NCBI GenBank assembly: GCA_965240325.2
Contig: OZ251243.1
Coordinates: forward strand, 62,001-126,000
Origin: Rebecca billardiae RCC1528
Taxonomy: Eukaryota > Protista > Haptophyta
DNA length: 64,000 bases
Direction of reading: 5' to 3'
The translations under genes and the position numbers were made by a program. The notes under the pieces were generated by a model. That model saw nothing but the letters and a program-made list of their open reading frames with translations, searched no databases and was not told the DNA's origin. Numbering within the stretch: the stretch's first letter is position 1; each line of letters opens with the position of its first letter. Positions 1 to 12,923 of this stretch are shown piece after piece.

Positions 1-1194
1 GTCCTCCACGCGCAGCTGCTTGCCGGCCGCGCCGGCGGCGGCGGCGCCGGCCGCGCCGGCCGATCCGGCCGGTGGCGGCGGCGCGGCCGCGGGCTGCGGC
101 TGCGGCTGCGGCTGCTGCGGCTGCGGCTGCGGCGGCGCGAGCGGCACCGCGCCCGCCGGCTGCGGCGGCAGCTGGTGCGGCGGCGGCGCGGCGGGCTGCT
201 GCGGCGGCAGTGCCCCTTGCTGCGCCGCCACCATCGCCGGTTGCGGCTGCGGCGCACCCGGCTGCTGCTGCTGCTGCTGCTGCTGCGGCTGCTGCGGCTG
301 CGGCTGCGGCTGCGGCTGCGGCTGCGGCGGCTGCGGCTGCGGCTGCGGCTGCTGCTGCTGCGGCTGCGGCTGCGGCGGCGGCGGCGGTTGCTGCGGCTGC
401 GGCGGCGGCTGCGGCTGCTGCGGCGGCGGCGGCGGCTGCTGCGGCTGCGGCTGCGGCTGCGGCTGCGGCTGCGGCTGCGGCGGCTGCTGCGGCTGCGGCT
501 GCGGCTGCGGCTGCAGCTGCGGCTGCGCCGGGTCGTATGGCGCCGCGTACGCACCGGGCGGCGGCGGGGGCATCGGCGTGGCAGGCGCCCCGCCAGGCAT
601 CACCAGCGCGGGCTGCGCCTGCGCCGGCGTCGGCGAGGCCGACAGCCCGGCGGTCGGCGGCGCGAGCGCGCCGCCGCCGGCGTCGGCCGCCGCGCCGAGC
701 GCGCCGCCTGGCGCCGCGACCATGCCCAGCGCCGCGCCGTCGGCGTGGTGCGGCGGCGGGAGGGCGGCCGCGCGGCCGGGAGGCGGCGGCGGCATCAGAC
801 CGAGCGTGCTCGTCGTCACCGGCACCGGATGCTCGGCCGCGCCGCCGGCGCGGCCGTCGTTGCCCTCGGGCGGCGGCGGCGGCGCGGCGGCCGCGATCGC
901 CGCGCCCGGCACCGAGGCGTGCGCAGCGGCGGCGGCGGCCGTGTGCGCGGCAGCCGTATCGGCGCCGTCGACGTCCATCGGGTCTTCCGTCTCGCGCGGC
1001 GCGTCGTCCGCGTGCTCGGCGCCGCGCGCATCGGCGGCCGGCTCGGGCGCAGGCCGCTCGTCCGCGGCGCCGCCGCCCTGCGCGGGCGGCGCACCGAGCG
1101 CGGGGTCGGCGGCGGCGGCGGCCGCGGCGTCCGTGCTCGTGTGGGCGTCGCCAGGCGCGACGCCCGCCTCCGCGCTGGCCTCGTGCGCGTCCAT
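1..1194 (-). CDS. 5' part of a gene running off the left edge; Pro/Gln-rich N-terminus, possibly Sin3-like paired amphipathic helix protein
   Basis: ATG at 1194 (MDAHEASAEAG...), open to base 1. A long QP/QQ tract (about 240-520) is followed by ...AGKQLRVED at the edge, resembling the start of Sin3 PAH1 (LKVEDAL). Only a few residues of the domain are visible. Confidence 0.55.
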   Translation of the reverse strand, partial: MDAHEASAEAGVAPGDAHTSTDAAAAAAADPALGAPPAQGGGAADERPAPEPAADARGAEHADDAPRETEDPMDVDGADTAAAHTAAAAAAHASVPGAAIAAAAPPPPPEGNDGRAGGAAEHPVPVTTSTLGLMPPPPPGRAAALPPPHHADGAALGMVAAPGGALGAAADAGGGALAPPTAGLSASPTPAQAQPALVMPGGAPATPMPPPPPGAYAAPYDPAQPQLQPQPQPQPQQPPQPQPQPQPQPQPQQPPPPPQQPQPPPQPQQPPPPPQPQPQQQQPQPQPQPPQPQPQPQPQPQQPQQQQQQQQPGAPQPQPAMVAAQQGALPPQQPAAPPPHQLPPQPAGAVPLAPPQPQPQQPQPQPQPAAAPPPPAGSAGAAGAAAAGAAGKQLRVED

Positions 1195-2247
1195 TCGCGC
1201 GCTGGCAGCGCCGGCGTTCACACTGCTGGCGAGGCGAAGGCCTCGGCGTGCGGGCAGGCACCTGGGTTTCGTCGTGAGCGAACGCGTGCGTAGCTTTTGT
1301 CCACCTGCCGTGTCGCGTCCGGTCCGGTTGGCTCGGGCTCATCAAAGCCGCTCAACCTGAACAAACCTCGCGTTCGACGCCCTTCCGGGCTTCTCTCGGA
1401 AAAGCCAGCAGATGCGGGTATCCACGTAACGTCGGCCCGACCGGGTCCGAAGGCGCGGATGCAACTCCGCGCCGCCCGGCCGCGTGTACAGAAGCGCGGA
1501 GACTGCTCGCTCCTCCGCGCCTACTTGCCACGGCCGAGGACATGTGACGGGCTCGCCGATCTCAGTTGAAGCAGTAAATGAGTAATGCGTGAGTGCCAAA
1601 CTGAAACACTGAAACAGGTTCAGCCGGGATCACGGACGCGTTCCGCGCAGCGGACCGTCCCGCGCAGCGGACTCCCCACAGTAGTCAGGAGGCCTACTGG
1701 CGGCGGCCGCGGCGCTCGCCGTCCGCGCGGCGGCCCATGAACTTACCAGCAGCCAGGTAGATAGCTCGCAAGCCACTGCTTCTGAGACAGCGACCACTCG
1801 TCGCATACGGGCGCTGGCCGTATTCCGTGTGACTGCTGTCAAAAGCGCGCATACATATGTATGCATGTATAGTTATGTCTATAGCTGACGTGCCGAAAAT
1901 TGAACCGATTTTGGGACCTCGGTGCACTTAGTCGGACGCGCCCGACCCGCGTGCGAGCCGCCGGCGACGCAGGATCGACGCGCACGAGTTAGGGGCTGGG
2001 CCTGAATCTATAAGTGGATGGCCATATCGCGCACGCCCGCGCCACGTACGGCTGAAAGTGATGCCGAGTCGGAGCCGAGATGCCGGACCGCACTAGTGGC
2101 CGAGTCGTCAGCGTCGTATGATACTGATGTGGCCAATTCATCGTCGGCAGCCGGGTACTACAGTAGGCGGCGACCGTACGCCCTACTAGCAGTCAGCTAG
2201 GCGTCTGTACTCTACGACTGCTTATAATACAGTATATATATATATAT

Positions 2248-3606
<1,359 letters not shown>

Positions 3607-3610
3607 GATC

Positions 3611-3723
<113 letters not shown>

Positions 3724-4213
3724 GACGACGATATCATACTGCCGCCGTCGTACCGTGCTGCCGTGTAGTACTGTCGACCGGGCTAGGACCCGTAGGTTGG
3801 CAGCCGAGTGATGCCGCATCAGCAAGACCCGCCGCCTCGCCCTCAGTGTTACCAAGCCTACTGAAGGCATCGATCATCATCACGGCGGTGCTCGGGTCAT
3901 CATCGATCGGATATTATATGCGTACTACTGCATATATATATGTTTGCCTAGCGCGCGGGCTTGGCTCGGCTTGGGCGGCAGATACGCGCGCGCACTCCTC
4001 CGATCGGCTGTCGAGCGGCCGCACTCGGGTGATGCCACCGCTGCGCGCCCTGCTCGGGCCGCGCGGCGGTGGCGCCGCCGTGCCCCGCGCCCAGCATGCA
4101 TCGCTGCGCGCGCGCCTCTCCGGCAGCGTCGCGGCGCGCGCCCGTCGCGTGGTGGCGTCGTGGAGGCGGCTGCGGCGCACACCGGCGTCGTGAACGCCGT
4201 GTGCGCGCGGTCC

Positions 4214-5326
4214 TCACGGTGCCGCCGGCGAGCAGCTCTGCTCGGGGCACAGCGATCTGCCGAACTCGCGCCAGAAGCTCGAGTCGCCGTCCGCGCGCGC
4301 GAGTAGGCGGCGCACGTCGTCCGGGTGCGCGCCGACCGCCTTCTCCGCGCACGCGCGGAACTCGCGCAGGTCGCCCGGCGCGGAGGGCGCGGCCGGCGGC
4401 TCGTCGCAGCCGAACTTGCGCAGGACGGCGTCGACGCACTCGTTGGAGCTGCGCATGCGCGCAAAGTGGATCGACCGGTCCTTGGCGCGCGGCGCGATGC
4501 GCGTGAGGCACGCGCGCTCCGTCGAGTTGAGGTGCGGCAGCGGGTGCGGCAGCTTGGCGGGCGCGTCGACGATGCCCTTGGTCGTGCGGAACTTCTTGTA
4601 GTGTGGCCTCGTCACCCAGCGGAGGAGCTCGCCCACCTCGCAGTCGTGCATCGAGCTCACGCTCAGCGCGACGAAGCGCTGCCGGCGGTCCCAGCTCGCG
4701 TCGAAGTAGCGCAGCACCTGCCGCTGGTGCGCCGCCACCTCGAGCAGCAGCTGCGCGAGCGTGCTGTTGGAGCCGACCGGCATCGGGCTCACGAGCTCGT
4801 CCAGGTGCCACGAGTCGGGCGTGACGGGCTGGCCGCACTGGTCGAGCCCGGGCGCGGGCCGCGCCCGCTTCGTGGCGCGCGGCGCGAGGAGCGCCTCCGT
4901 GCGGATGTGCCCCAGCCGGCTCACCAAGAAGGCGCGCAGCGGGCGCGTGTTGAGCACAAAGCGCGCGCGCGGGAACTGCGCGTCCAGCCACCGATAGTCG
5001 GCGCTGTGGCCGTGGTCGACGAAGGCGTCGTGCTGCGCGAGGCAGGACAGGTCGGGATCGTGCCCGCGCGACGCGTCCGCCCAGCCGCTGCCCGGCGCGA
5101 GCGGGTCGCACAGCCAGTGCACCGTGCGGTACCCGCCGCGCATCTGCTTGGAGCTCATGAACGCGTCGAGCGCGCGCGTGCCGGTCGAGCCCGGGCCGAG
5201 GAAGAAGACCTTGTCCTTCTCGCGCGCGGCCGCCGCGCCCCACGGGTGCGCGTGCATCGCGCACGCCGCCGCGGCGAGCACGCGCAGCGCGGCCGGCTGC
5301 CTGGCGGCCCCGAGGCGCGCGCGCAT
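4214..5326 (-). CDS. Sulfotransferase-family (P-loop-like) protein
   Basis: KVFFLGPGSTGTRAL, HDAFVD, LDAQFPRARFVLNTR match the motif order of sulfotransferase-family proteins. Hydrophobic N-terminus; likely ATG at 5326. Confidence 0.7.
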   Translation of the reverse strand: MRARLGAARQPAALRVLAAAACAMHAHPWGAAAAREKDKVFFLGPGSTGTRALDAFMSSKQMRGGYRTVHWLCDPLAPGSGWADASRGHDPDLSCLAQHDAFVDHGHSADYRWLDAQFPRARFVLNTRPLRAFLVSRLGHIRTEALLAPRATKRARPAPGLDQCGQPVTPDSWHLDELVSPMPVGSNSTLAQLLLEVAAHQRQVLRYFDASWDRRQRFVALSVSSMHDCEVGELLRWVTRPHYKKFRTTKGIVDAPAKLPHPLPHLNSTERACLTRIAPRAKDRSIHFARMRSSNECVDAVLRKFGCDEPPAAPSAPGDLREFRACAEKAVGAHPDDVRRLLARADGDSSFWREFGRSLCPEQSCSPAAP

Positions 5327-5711
5327 CGCGATGGCCGTGCGGCGCCCTCTGCTTGGTTGGGGGCCGGGGCTCACCTTGCATGGGTGTCATTCGTGCATGG
5401 CCTACGGCGGGCGCTATTGTCGAGCTTTGCGCTTATTCAGGGCTGGCCGAATTAAGAACGCCCAATTTTTCGTCGTCGTCCCATCGGTGAGCTCTGGCGA
5501 GTAGTTAGTAGTAGTAGCTGGTCAGTTAGATTCGGCCGCAGGCGGCTGCTGCTACTCGTCGTCCGGACGGAACGACCGCGCGGCAGCGACGGCGCGGCCG
5601 AGGGCGATGCGCGCGATGCGATGGTTGCATCCGCGGCGCGAGCCCGCCGCCGTCGTGCGCGGCGCCGCCCGCCGCGTCGCGCCGGCCGCGCCGGGCTGGC
5701 ACTCCTCGGTC

Positions 5712-6455
5712 TCAGGGCGAGCTGCCGGGCAGCAGCCGCTCGAGCAGCCGCTCGACGCGCTCCCAGCGCAGCCGCGAGGAGAGGGCGAGGGGCACGAAGC
5801 GCGGCACCTCGGCCGAGTACGTGTCCCACTTGCGCCCGTGCCGCTCGCGCAGCCGCGCCTCCTCGAACAGCGCCTGCGTGCGCAGCAGCGCGCCCAGCGC
5901 CGCCGCCGCAAACAGCCGCGGCACGGAGCGCGCCATCGTCGCCGCGCCCAGCGCGAGGAGCACGAGGCCAACGTACATGGGGTGGCGCAGGTACTTGTAC
6001 ACGCCGTCCGTGCGCAGCTCGCCCTCCGCCGCGGGCGTCGGCCACGGCGTGAACGAGTCGCCGAGGCGCGCGACCGCGAGCGCCGCGAGCACCGCGCCCG
6101 CGGACGCGCAGAGCGGGCCGAGCACGATGTGCGCGAGCCGGAGGACGGGGACGAAGGGCAGGTCGCCGAAGACGGCGAGGAAGAGGGCGCCGGTCGACAC
6201 GCCCACGAACGTCTCGCCGCGCTTGCCCGGCTCGCCCTCGCTCAGCTTCTCCGCGCCGCGGCGGAAGAAGCCCACAAACGGCGACAGCGGGCCGGAGGCG
6301 GGCTCGGCCGCGGCGGCGGCCGGGGTCGCGGCCGTGCGCATCCGGACGGCGGGCGCGCGCGCGCGCGGCAGCCTCGTCGCCGGACCGCGGGCCGCCGCCG
6401 CCGCCACCGCCACCGACGCCGCCAGCAGCAGCACGACGAGCCGTGTGGGGCGCAT
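5712..6455 (-). CDS. Isoprenylcysteine carboxyl methyltransferase / phospholipid methyltransferase family membrane protein, probably plastid-targeted
   Basis: LRTDGVYKYLRHPMYVG and EEARL motifs; N-terminal signal peptide followed by an Arg/Ala/Pro-rich transit-like segment. Confidence 0.85.
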   Translation of the reverse strand: MRPTRLVVLLLAASVAVAAAAARGPATRLPRARAPAVRMRTAATPAAAAAEPASGPLSPFVGFFRRGAEKLSEGEPGKRGETFVGVSTGALFLAVFGDLPFVPVLRLAHIVLGPLCASAGAVLAALAVARLGDSFTPWPTPAAEGELRTDGVYKYLRHPMYVGLVLLALGAATMARSVPRLFAAAALGALLRTQALFEEARLRERHGRKWDTYSAEVPRFVPLALSSRLRWERVERLLERLLPGSSP

Positions 6456-6588
6456 GCCGAGACGACGCGGGGGCCGAGGCAGTGGCCGCTGAGCGAGCAG
6501 GCAGCTTGCCGTCGTCGGCAGCCGTCCGCCTCTGCTCTGCTCATGTCTGCACCGGATCGACGCGTATCGACGTCATCACTCCGCGGCG

Positions 6589-8009
6589 ATGGCGTCGCCG
6601 CCCGCCGCAGCCGCGGCGAGCTCCGACGCGGCCGTGTGGCGCAGCAAGGCGGAGGCGCTCGAGCGCGTGCTCGGCGAGCTCTTCGAGGAGCAGCACCGCC
6701 TCTCCTCCGCGCTCGCTCGGTCCTCCGCGCCGCCGTCGTCGTCGCCGCCGCCGCCGCCGCCGCGGCCGGGCGCCGCGCAGCTGCACTGGGCGGTCGCCGC
6801 GCAGGACGAGGCGGGCCTCCGCGCGCTGCTCGCCACGGGCGTGGGCGCGGAGGTGCTCGCTTCGAGCGACGCGGCCGGGCGCACCGCCCTCCACCGCGCC
6901 GTCGCCGCCGGCCAGCCCGCGCTCGTGCGCGCGCTGCTCGACGCGCGCGCGCCGGTGCGCGCGGCGGACGCCGAGGGCCGCACCGCGCTCCACCTCGCGT
7001 GCGAGGCGCAGAGCGTGGCGCTGCTCGCCGCGGCGCGGGCCGACGTGCGCGCGGTCGACGCGGCGGGCCTCACGCCGCTCGAGCGCGCGCTCGCCGACGG
7101 CCACGCCGCCGCGGCGCGCGCGCTCGAGGCGCTGGTGGCGCGCGCGGCGGAGGCGGACGCGCCGCCCGCGCACGCCCACGGCGGCGAGGGCGGCGCGTCG
7201 GGGCTGCGCGCGCTGCCGCCGGCGGCGCCGTGCGACGTGGGCGACGGTGGCCTGCTGCTCCTCACGCTCCACGGCGTCGCCTCGCCCGCCGACACCCCGG
7301 CCGTGCCTGCGGCTGCGGCTGCGGCTGCGGCTGCGGCTGCGGCTGGGCGGTGTTTGCACCAACCCATGCACCAAGGGCGCTCTTTGCACCTGCTGCTGTG
7401 CTGGCAGGGGGAGGCGCTGCTCTCGAGCTGCCTCGAGGGCGGCGCGTCCGCGGCGGAGCAGCGGCTCACGCTGCGCGTGCGGCCGACGCGCGGCCACGCC
7501 GCCGCCGCCTCGCCCGCCGCCGCCCCGTACGCGGAGGTGGCGGAGGTGGCGGAGGTGGCCGATGTGGCGGAGGTGGCGGAGGTGGCCGATGTGGCGTGCG
7601 CGCAAGGCGCCATCCTGCGCGTGGCGCTGCTGGGCGCGCCGCAGCCGCACGCGGGCGTGGGCGCGCGGCTGCGGCACTCGGCGGTGGCGCTGCCGCGCGC
7701 GGGGCTGGAGGCGTGGCTCGACGCGGCGGAGCGCGCGCCCGCGCGCGAGGCCGCGCCCGCGGACTGGCAGCTCGTCGGCTCGGGCGCGCTCAGCCTGCAC
7801 GCGCTGCCGGCGGGCCGCGCGCAGCGGCTGCGGTGCGCGCTCGCGCGCCCGCGGCACGCGCACGCGCACGCGCACGGCCTGCGCGCGGAGCTGAGCGCGC
7901 TGCTGCTGGCGTTCGGCGAGCGTGCGGCAGACAGCGCGCCGCTCGACGAGCTCGGCTTCCCCGTGCCCGCCGAGCTCGACCGCAGCGGCGCGGCGAGCGC
8001 GGCGGCGGA

Positions 8010-8044
<35 letters not shown>

Positions 8045-10010
8045 AGGCGGCGGAGGCGGCCGGCAGCCCGCGCGGCAGCGCCGGCACCGACGGCGGCGCG
8101 GGCGCGGCGGGCGGCGGCATGTCCGACGAGGAGGAGGCGGGGGACGAGTCGGACGCCGACGCCGCGCCCGCCTCCGACCTCGACCGCTGGCACGCCGTGC
8201 TGTGCGCGCGCGCGCCCGCGCACGTGCGCGCCAAGGCGTTGCGACGGCTGCACCGGCGCGCACAGAGCGGCGCGCAGAGCGCGCACACGCCGCGCGGCGG
8301 CGCGCCCGGCGGCGGCGCGGCGGCGCTGGGCGAGGGGCGCGCGGCGACGGCGCTGGAGGGCGCGCTCGCACGCGCCACGTCGCCCGCGGCGCACCCCGCC
8401 GCCCCCGGCGCGCGCGGCATCCCGCTGGCGCACCGCGCCTCCGTGTGGCTCGAGCTGGGCGGCGGCGCGCAGCTTGCCAAGGAGGCGGGGGCGGGCGCGT
8501 ACGCAGCGCTGTGCGCACAGCCGCCGCCGCGCTCGCGCGCGGCGGCGGCGGCGCTCGAGCAGATCGAGGCGGACCTGCGGCGCACCTTCCCCGACCACCC
8601 GCTCTACGCCGCCGCCGCGCGCGCCCCCTCGTGCCGCGTGGGCGCGCTGCGGCGCGTGCTGCGTGCGTACGCGGCGCGCAACGGCTCTGTCGGTTACTGC
8701 CAGGCGCTCAACTTTGTGGCGGCCATGCTGCTGCTGCTCGCGGAGGAGGAGGCAGCGTTCTGGCTGCTGTGCGCGCTGTGCGAGCGGCTGCTGCCGGACT
8801 ACTACTCGCACGCCATGTCCGGCCTGCTCTGCGACCGCGACGTGCTGCTCGGGCTGCTGCGCCGCCGCCAGCCCGCGCTGAGCGCCCACCTGGCCGCGGC
8901 CGGCCCGCTGCTGCCGCTGTCGCTGCTGCTGGCGCGCTGGCTGCTGCCGCTGCTCACCACGGCGCTCGCGCCGCCCGCCGAGCCCGCGCTGCGCGCGCTC
9001 GACGCGCTCTTCTGCGACGGCCCCGCCGTGCTCGTCGCCGCGGCGTACGGCGTCTTCGCCGCGCGCGCCCCCGCCCTGCTGCGCAGCGGGTGCGCTGAGC
9101 TCGTGATTGTGCTGCAGCCGCCGCCCAGCCCCGCGGAGGCGCTGGGCTGGCTGTACACGGCCTCGCACAAGACGGCGCTGCTCAGGGAGGCGGCGCGGGC
9201 GCGCGAGCGCGCGCACGAGCGCCGGCTCGCCGCGCAGCTCCGCGAGCTCCGCGCCGCCACGCGCCTCCGCCGCGCCGAGCTCGACGCGCTCGTGTGCCAG
9301 CTGCGCGCTCTGCTCGCGGGCGGCGCGCGCGCGACCGACGTGCGCGCGCCCGCGCAGCGGCTCGCGGAGGTGGTGCGCGCGGCGGCGCCGCGCTGCGAGC
9401 TGCCGCCGCAGCTGCTCGTCGCGCTCTTCGACGCGGACAGCGACGGCGAGCTCGACCTGCGCGAGCTCCTCGTCGGTGCGCGCGCCGACCCGCCGCGCGC
9501 CGCGCCGCGCCGACCCGATCCGCGCTGCACGCGCGCCGCGCTCACGCGCGCGCGCGCCGCGCGGCTGCGCGCGCAGGGCTGGCGCTGCTGCGCACCGGCT
9601 CGGTGGACGACGTGCTGCGCGAGTGCTTCCGCTCGTTCGACGTGGACGGCTCGGGGTACCTCGAGCGCGCCGAGCTGCTGCAGCTCATCGCGCGCGTGTA
9701 TCGCTTTGTGCTCGACGAGGGCGCGGGCGCGCCGAGCGGCGGCATGGCCGAGGCCAAGGCGGCGGCGGCCGAGGTGACGCGCCGCGCGTTCGAGGCGTAC
9801 GACGCGGACCACGACGGCAGGCTCTCGTTCGACGAGTTCCGCGAGATCGTCGCCTCCGACTACCTGCTGTCCTCGTGGTTCCAGCTGCAGCAGACCGCAC
9901 TCGCCGACGACGCGGCCGACGCGGACGCGCACGGCGGCGCGCGCCAGGACGGCGGGTGCGGCGCGTGCGCGGCCGCGCCGGCGGCGGACGACGCGGGCCT
10001 CGAGGCGTGA
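6589..10010 (+). CDS. Ankyrin repeat + Rab-GAP TBC domain + EF-hand protein; exons 6589-9475 and 9577-10010
   Basis: Ankyrin GRTALH repeats; TBC motifs IEADLRRTFP and GYCQALNF; EF-hands DADSDGELD, DVDGSGYLE, DADHDGRLSFDEF. A GT-AG intron at 9476-9576 joins the two ORF frames. Confidence 0.9.
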
Positions 10011-10094
10011 GGCGCGCGGCCGCGCGTGTCTTTGGAATGTGGCGCCGGCGAAGGACGTGACTGAGAGCGCGAGCAGTCCTGTGGTGCCGCGCGG

Positions 10095-10985
10095 CACTGC
10101 GCCATAAGGGGGGTGTCCAAAATGGTCCCCGCCGACGGCTCGATGGCTGCCGCACGTGCGTGCCCCGCGTGCCTTGGGCGTGTACGTGCACGGTAGGGCG
10201 TCCCGACAGCGAGGGCGGGGTGGCGTAGATGGTCTCGTGGGAGGTGTGCCCGTGTGCCGGAGACGCTTTGACACCTCGGTGGCATGCCCACACCTCTCCT
10301 TGTCGCCGCTTGCCTGCTGCGCCGCTCGGCCAGCCGTGTTGAGAGCACGCCTGCGCGTGCATGGCCAATGTCGGGCGGATCGAGCCGTGGTGAGTGCGCG
10401 TGCGGGTACTCCCACCCAATGCGCATCTCTGACACAGTCGCAGTAGCTCTTGTACGTCAACCCTAAGCCGTGCACTCGAACTCACGACGTGTCAACGTTA
10501 TCATGGTGGTATGCGACATGCTGGCCAGTTTTATTTTCAAATAGCGCATTTGACGCCATATTCCTCGGCAATTGTTCGCGAGCATGTTGGGCATGTGCCC
10601 GGCTGGATTCGACAGGCTTCACGACGCGCACGAGGGCTTGCGACAGTGGTAGAGAGACGCATCGGGTAGGAGTACCCGCACGCGCACTCACCACGGCTCG
10701 ATCCGCCCGACATTGGCCATGCACGCGCAGGCGTGCTCTCAACACGGCTGGCCGAGCACGCAGCAGGCAAGCGGCGACAAGGAGAGGTGTGGGCATGCCA
10801 CCGAGGTGTCGAAGCGTCTCCGGCACACGGGCACACCTCCCACGAGACCATCTACGCCACCCCGCCCTCGCTGTCGGGACGCCCTACCGTGCACGTACAC
10901 GCCCAAGGCACGCGGGGCACGCACGTGCGGCAGCCATCGAGCCGTCGGCGGGGACAATTTTGGACCCCCCCCTTATGGCGCAGTG
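10095..10985. mobile_element. Foldback/MITE-like element with ~345-bp terminal inverted repeats and CACTG...CAGTG ends
   Basis: 10095-~10440 is the reverse complement of ~10640-10985, with a ~200-bp spacer. No TSD found. Confidence 0.85.
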
Positions 10986-11195
10986 TCAATCACGATGATG
11001 GAAGGAGCGACTTGCTGAGAACTTATTGCGCCGATGGAATGATGAGCTATGATAGTCATCTCCGGCGATCGGAATGTTTGGCGCAGCCAATCAGCGGGCG
11101 CGCGTTCGGTTCCGGAGCGGCACGGTGCGCGCAGCCCCGGCCCGCCGCGTGCACGCCGCCTCGGCCCCTTGCGCAAAAGGGGGGCTGCAGACCCA

Positions 11196-12923
11196 ATGGC
11201 CATGTCCACGCCCCACCAGCCATCACTCAGAAAGAACAACGACGAGATCGCGCTCGCGAGCCTCGAGACCGCGCACGCGCCGGATGGCCTGCGTGCTGCC
11301 CTCGACCACGAGACGCCCTGCAGCCCGCACAAGCGCGCCCGCCTCGCGCCGCCCGACGACGCGGCGCCGCGCTCGCTCGTGAAGGCGGAGGCGGCCAAGC
11401 CCGAGCCGCCCGCGCTCGCGCGGCGGTGCACCTCGACCGAGCTCGAGACGGACAGCTCGAGCGGCGGCTGCGTGGCGAGCGCCCCCTCCCGCCCGCCCGC
11501 CGCCCCGCCCACCGCGTGGACCGCGTGGAAGTTCGAGTGCGCAGAGGCCGAGTGCGCGCACGAGGACGACGACGCGCTCACCGAGGTGAGCGAGGACGAG
11601 GCGGAGGCGGCGGCGGAGGAGGAGCGCGTGCAGGCGCGGCCGCCGCGGCCGGAGCAGCAGCCACCGCCGCCGCACTCGGCGGGCCGCGCCGCGGGCGGCG
11701 GCGCCGCCGCCATCCTCGCCGTCGTCTCCGAGCTGGACGGCTTTGACGCGGCCGCGCACGACTCGGAGCTCGTCACCGCCGTGCTCGCGGACAGCGAGGA
11801 CGACGGCATCGAGGAGCTCGACGAGGACGAGTACGCGGCGCGGCCGGCCGGGCCGCTCCCGCCGCCCGCGCCGCCGCCCGCGCCGCCGCCCGCGCCTTCC
11901 GCCGCTCAGCGCGAGCCGCCGCCGCGCGCGTGCGCGTGCGCGGAGTGCGCGGCGCGCGTGCCACAGCTCGAGCGCGAGCTGCGGTGCGCGCGGGAGCAGG
12001 TGGCCGCGCTGCTGCGGAGGCTGACGGACGAGCGCTACGCGTACATTGAGGAGAGCCGCGCGCTGACGGAGGAGCGGCGGGATCGGCAGACGGAGGCTGC
12101 CCTCGCCGACAAGATCAAGAAGGCCGCGATCGCGTACAAGGGCATGTACGAGCAGGCCTCGCTCAGTCTGAGCAGCACGCAGCTGCAGCTCGAGGCCGCG
12201 CACGTCGCGCTGGCGGCGGAGCGGCAGAAGGCGGAGCAGCGCGCGCAGCGGAAGGCGCGCACGCGCGAGCTGGACATCAAGCTGCAGGGCAGCATGCGCG
12301 CGATGCTCCACTCGTACCAGGACCTGGTGACCGAGCTGCGCACGGGCGACGACGCGTCGGCCGGCGCTCGGCGCGAGGAGGCGCGCGCGCCGCCGCCCGC
12401 CCGCCGCGAGTCGCCGCGGCCGCAGCTGCAGCCGGTCGCGCCCGCCCCGGGGCCCGCCCCGCCCTTCCCACCGGGCAGCGCCGCCCCCGGCTGGCGGGGC
12501 CCCGCGCCCGGCGGCGCGCCGAACGGCGGCGGCGGTTCGCAGCCGCCGCTCGGCCTCCGGCAGCCCCCTACCCCGCACAGCTCCGCCACCCACGGCCACG
12601 CCGCGCCCGGAGGCGCTCCGCCCGCCGCGCCCAGCCCCGAGCTGCAGCCGCCCGGCGCGCGCGCGCCCAGCCCGGCTGCCCCCGCCGGGCCCGGCAGCGC
12701 GCCGAACGGCGGCGCGGCGGAGCAGGCGCCGAACCCCGGGCGCGGCGCGCCGAGCCCCGCTGGCTTCTTCGCCTGGGCCAGCCAAGCAGCCATCGACGCG
12801 CGGGCGGCGCAGCGGCAGCACGGAGGGGCGGCGGCCGCGGCCCCGCTGGCATCAGTAGCAGGCAAGAATGCCGACGGTCAGCACCTCTGCACGACCGCCG
12901 CCACCGCAGGCGATGGTCACTAA
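11196..12923 (+). CDS. Hypothetical protein with central coiled coil and Pro-rich flanks
   Basis: Host-like codon usage, acidic tracts and a heptad-like helical region (QLERELRCAREQVAALL...). No recognised domain. Confidence 0.7.
   Translation: MAMSTPHQPSLRKNNDEIALASLETAHAPDGLRAALDHETPCSPHKRARLAPPDDAAPRSLVKAEAAKPEPPALARRCTSTELETDSSSGGCVASAPSRPPAAPPTAWTAWKFECAEAECAHEDDDALTEVSEDEAEAAAEEERVQARPPRPEQQPPPPHSAGRAAGGGAAAILAVVSELDGFDAAAHDSELVTAVLADSEDDGIEELDEDEYAARPAGPLPPPAPPPAPPPAPSAAQREPPPRACACAECAARVPQLERELRCAREQVAALLRRLTDERYAYIEESRALTEERRDRQTEAALADKIKKAAIAYKGMYEQASLSLSSTQLQLEAAHVALAAERQKAEQRAQRKARTRELDIKLQGSMRAMLHSYQDLVTELRTGDDASAGARREEARAPPPARRESPRPQLQPVAPAPGPAPPFPPGSAAPGWRGPAPGGAPNGGGGSQPPLGLRQPPTPHSSATHGHAAPGGAPPAAPSPELQPPGARAPSPAAPAGPGSAPNGGAAEQAPNPGRGAPSPAGFFAWASQAAIDARAAQRQHGGAAAAAPLASVAGKNADGQHLCTTAATAGDGH

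Noticed and set aside
20-1360. Cys/Gly-rich 446-aa ORF resembling a metallothionein or keratin-associated protein
   Set aside because: It is the antisense shadow of the CAG/CCG (Gln/Pro) repeat of the minus-strand gene and has no ATG start.
5607-9216. Very long Arg/Ala-rich alternative-frame and antisense ORFs, here and throughout the window
   Set aside because: Expected from stop-codon scarcity at extreme GC. They overlap genes with clear motifs and have none themselves.
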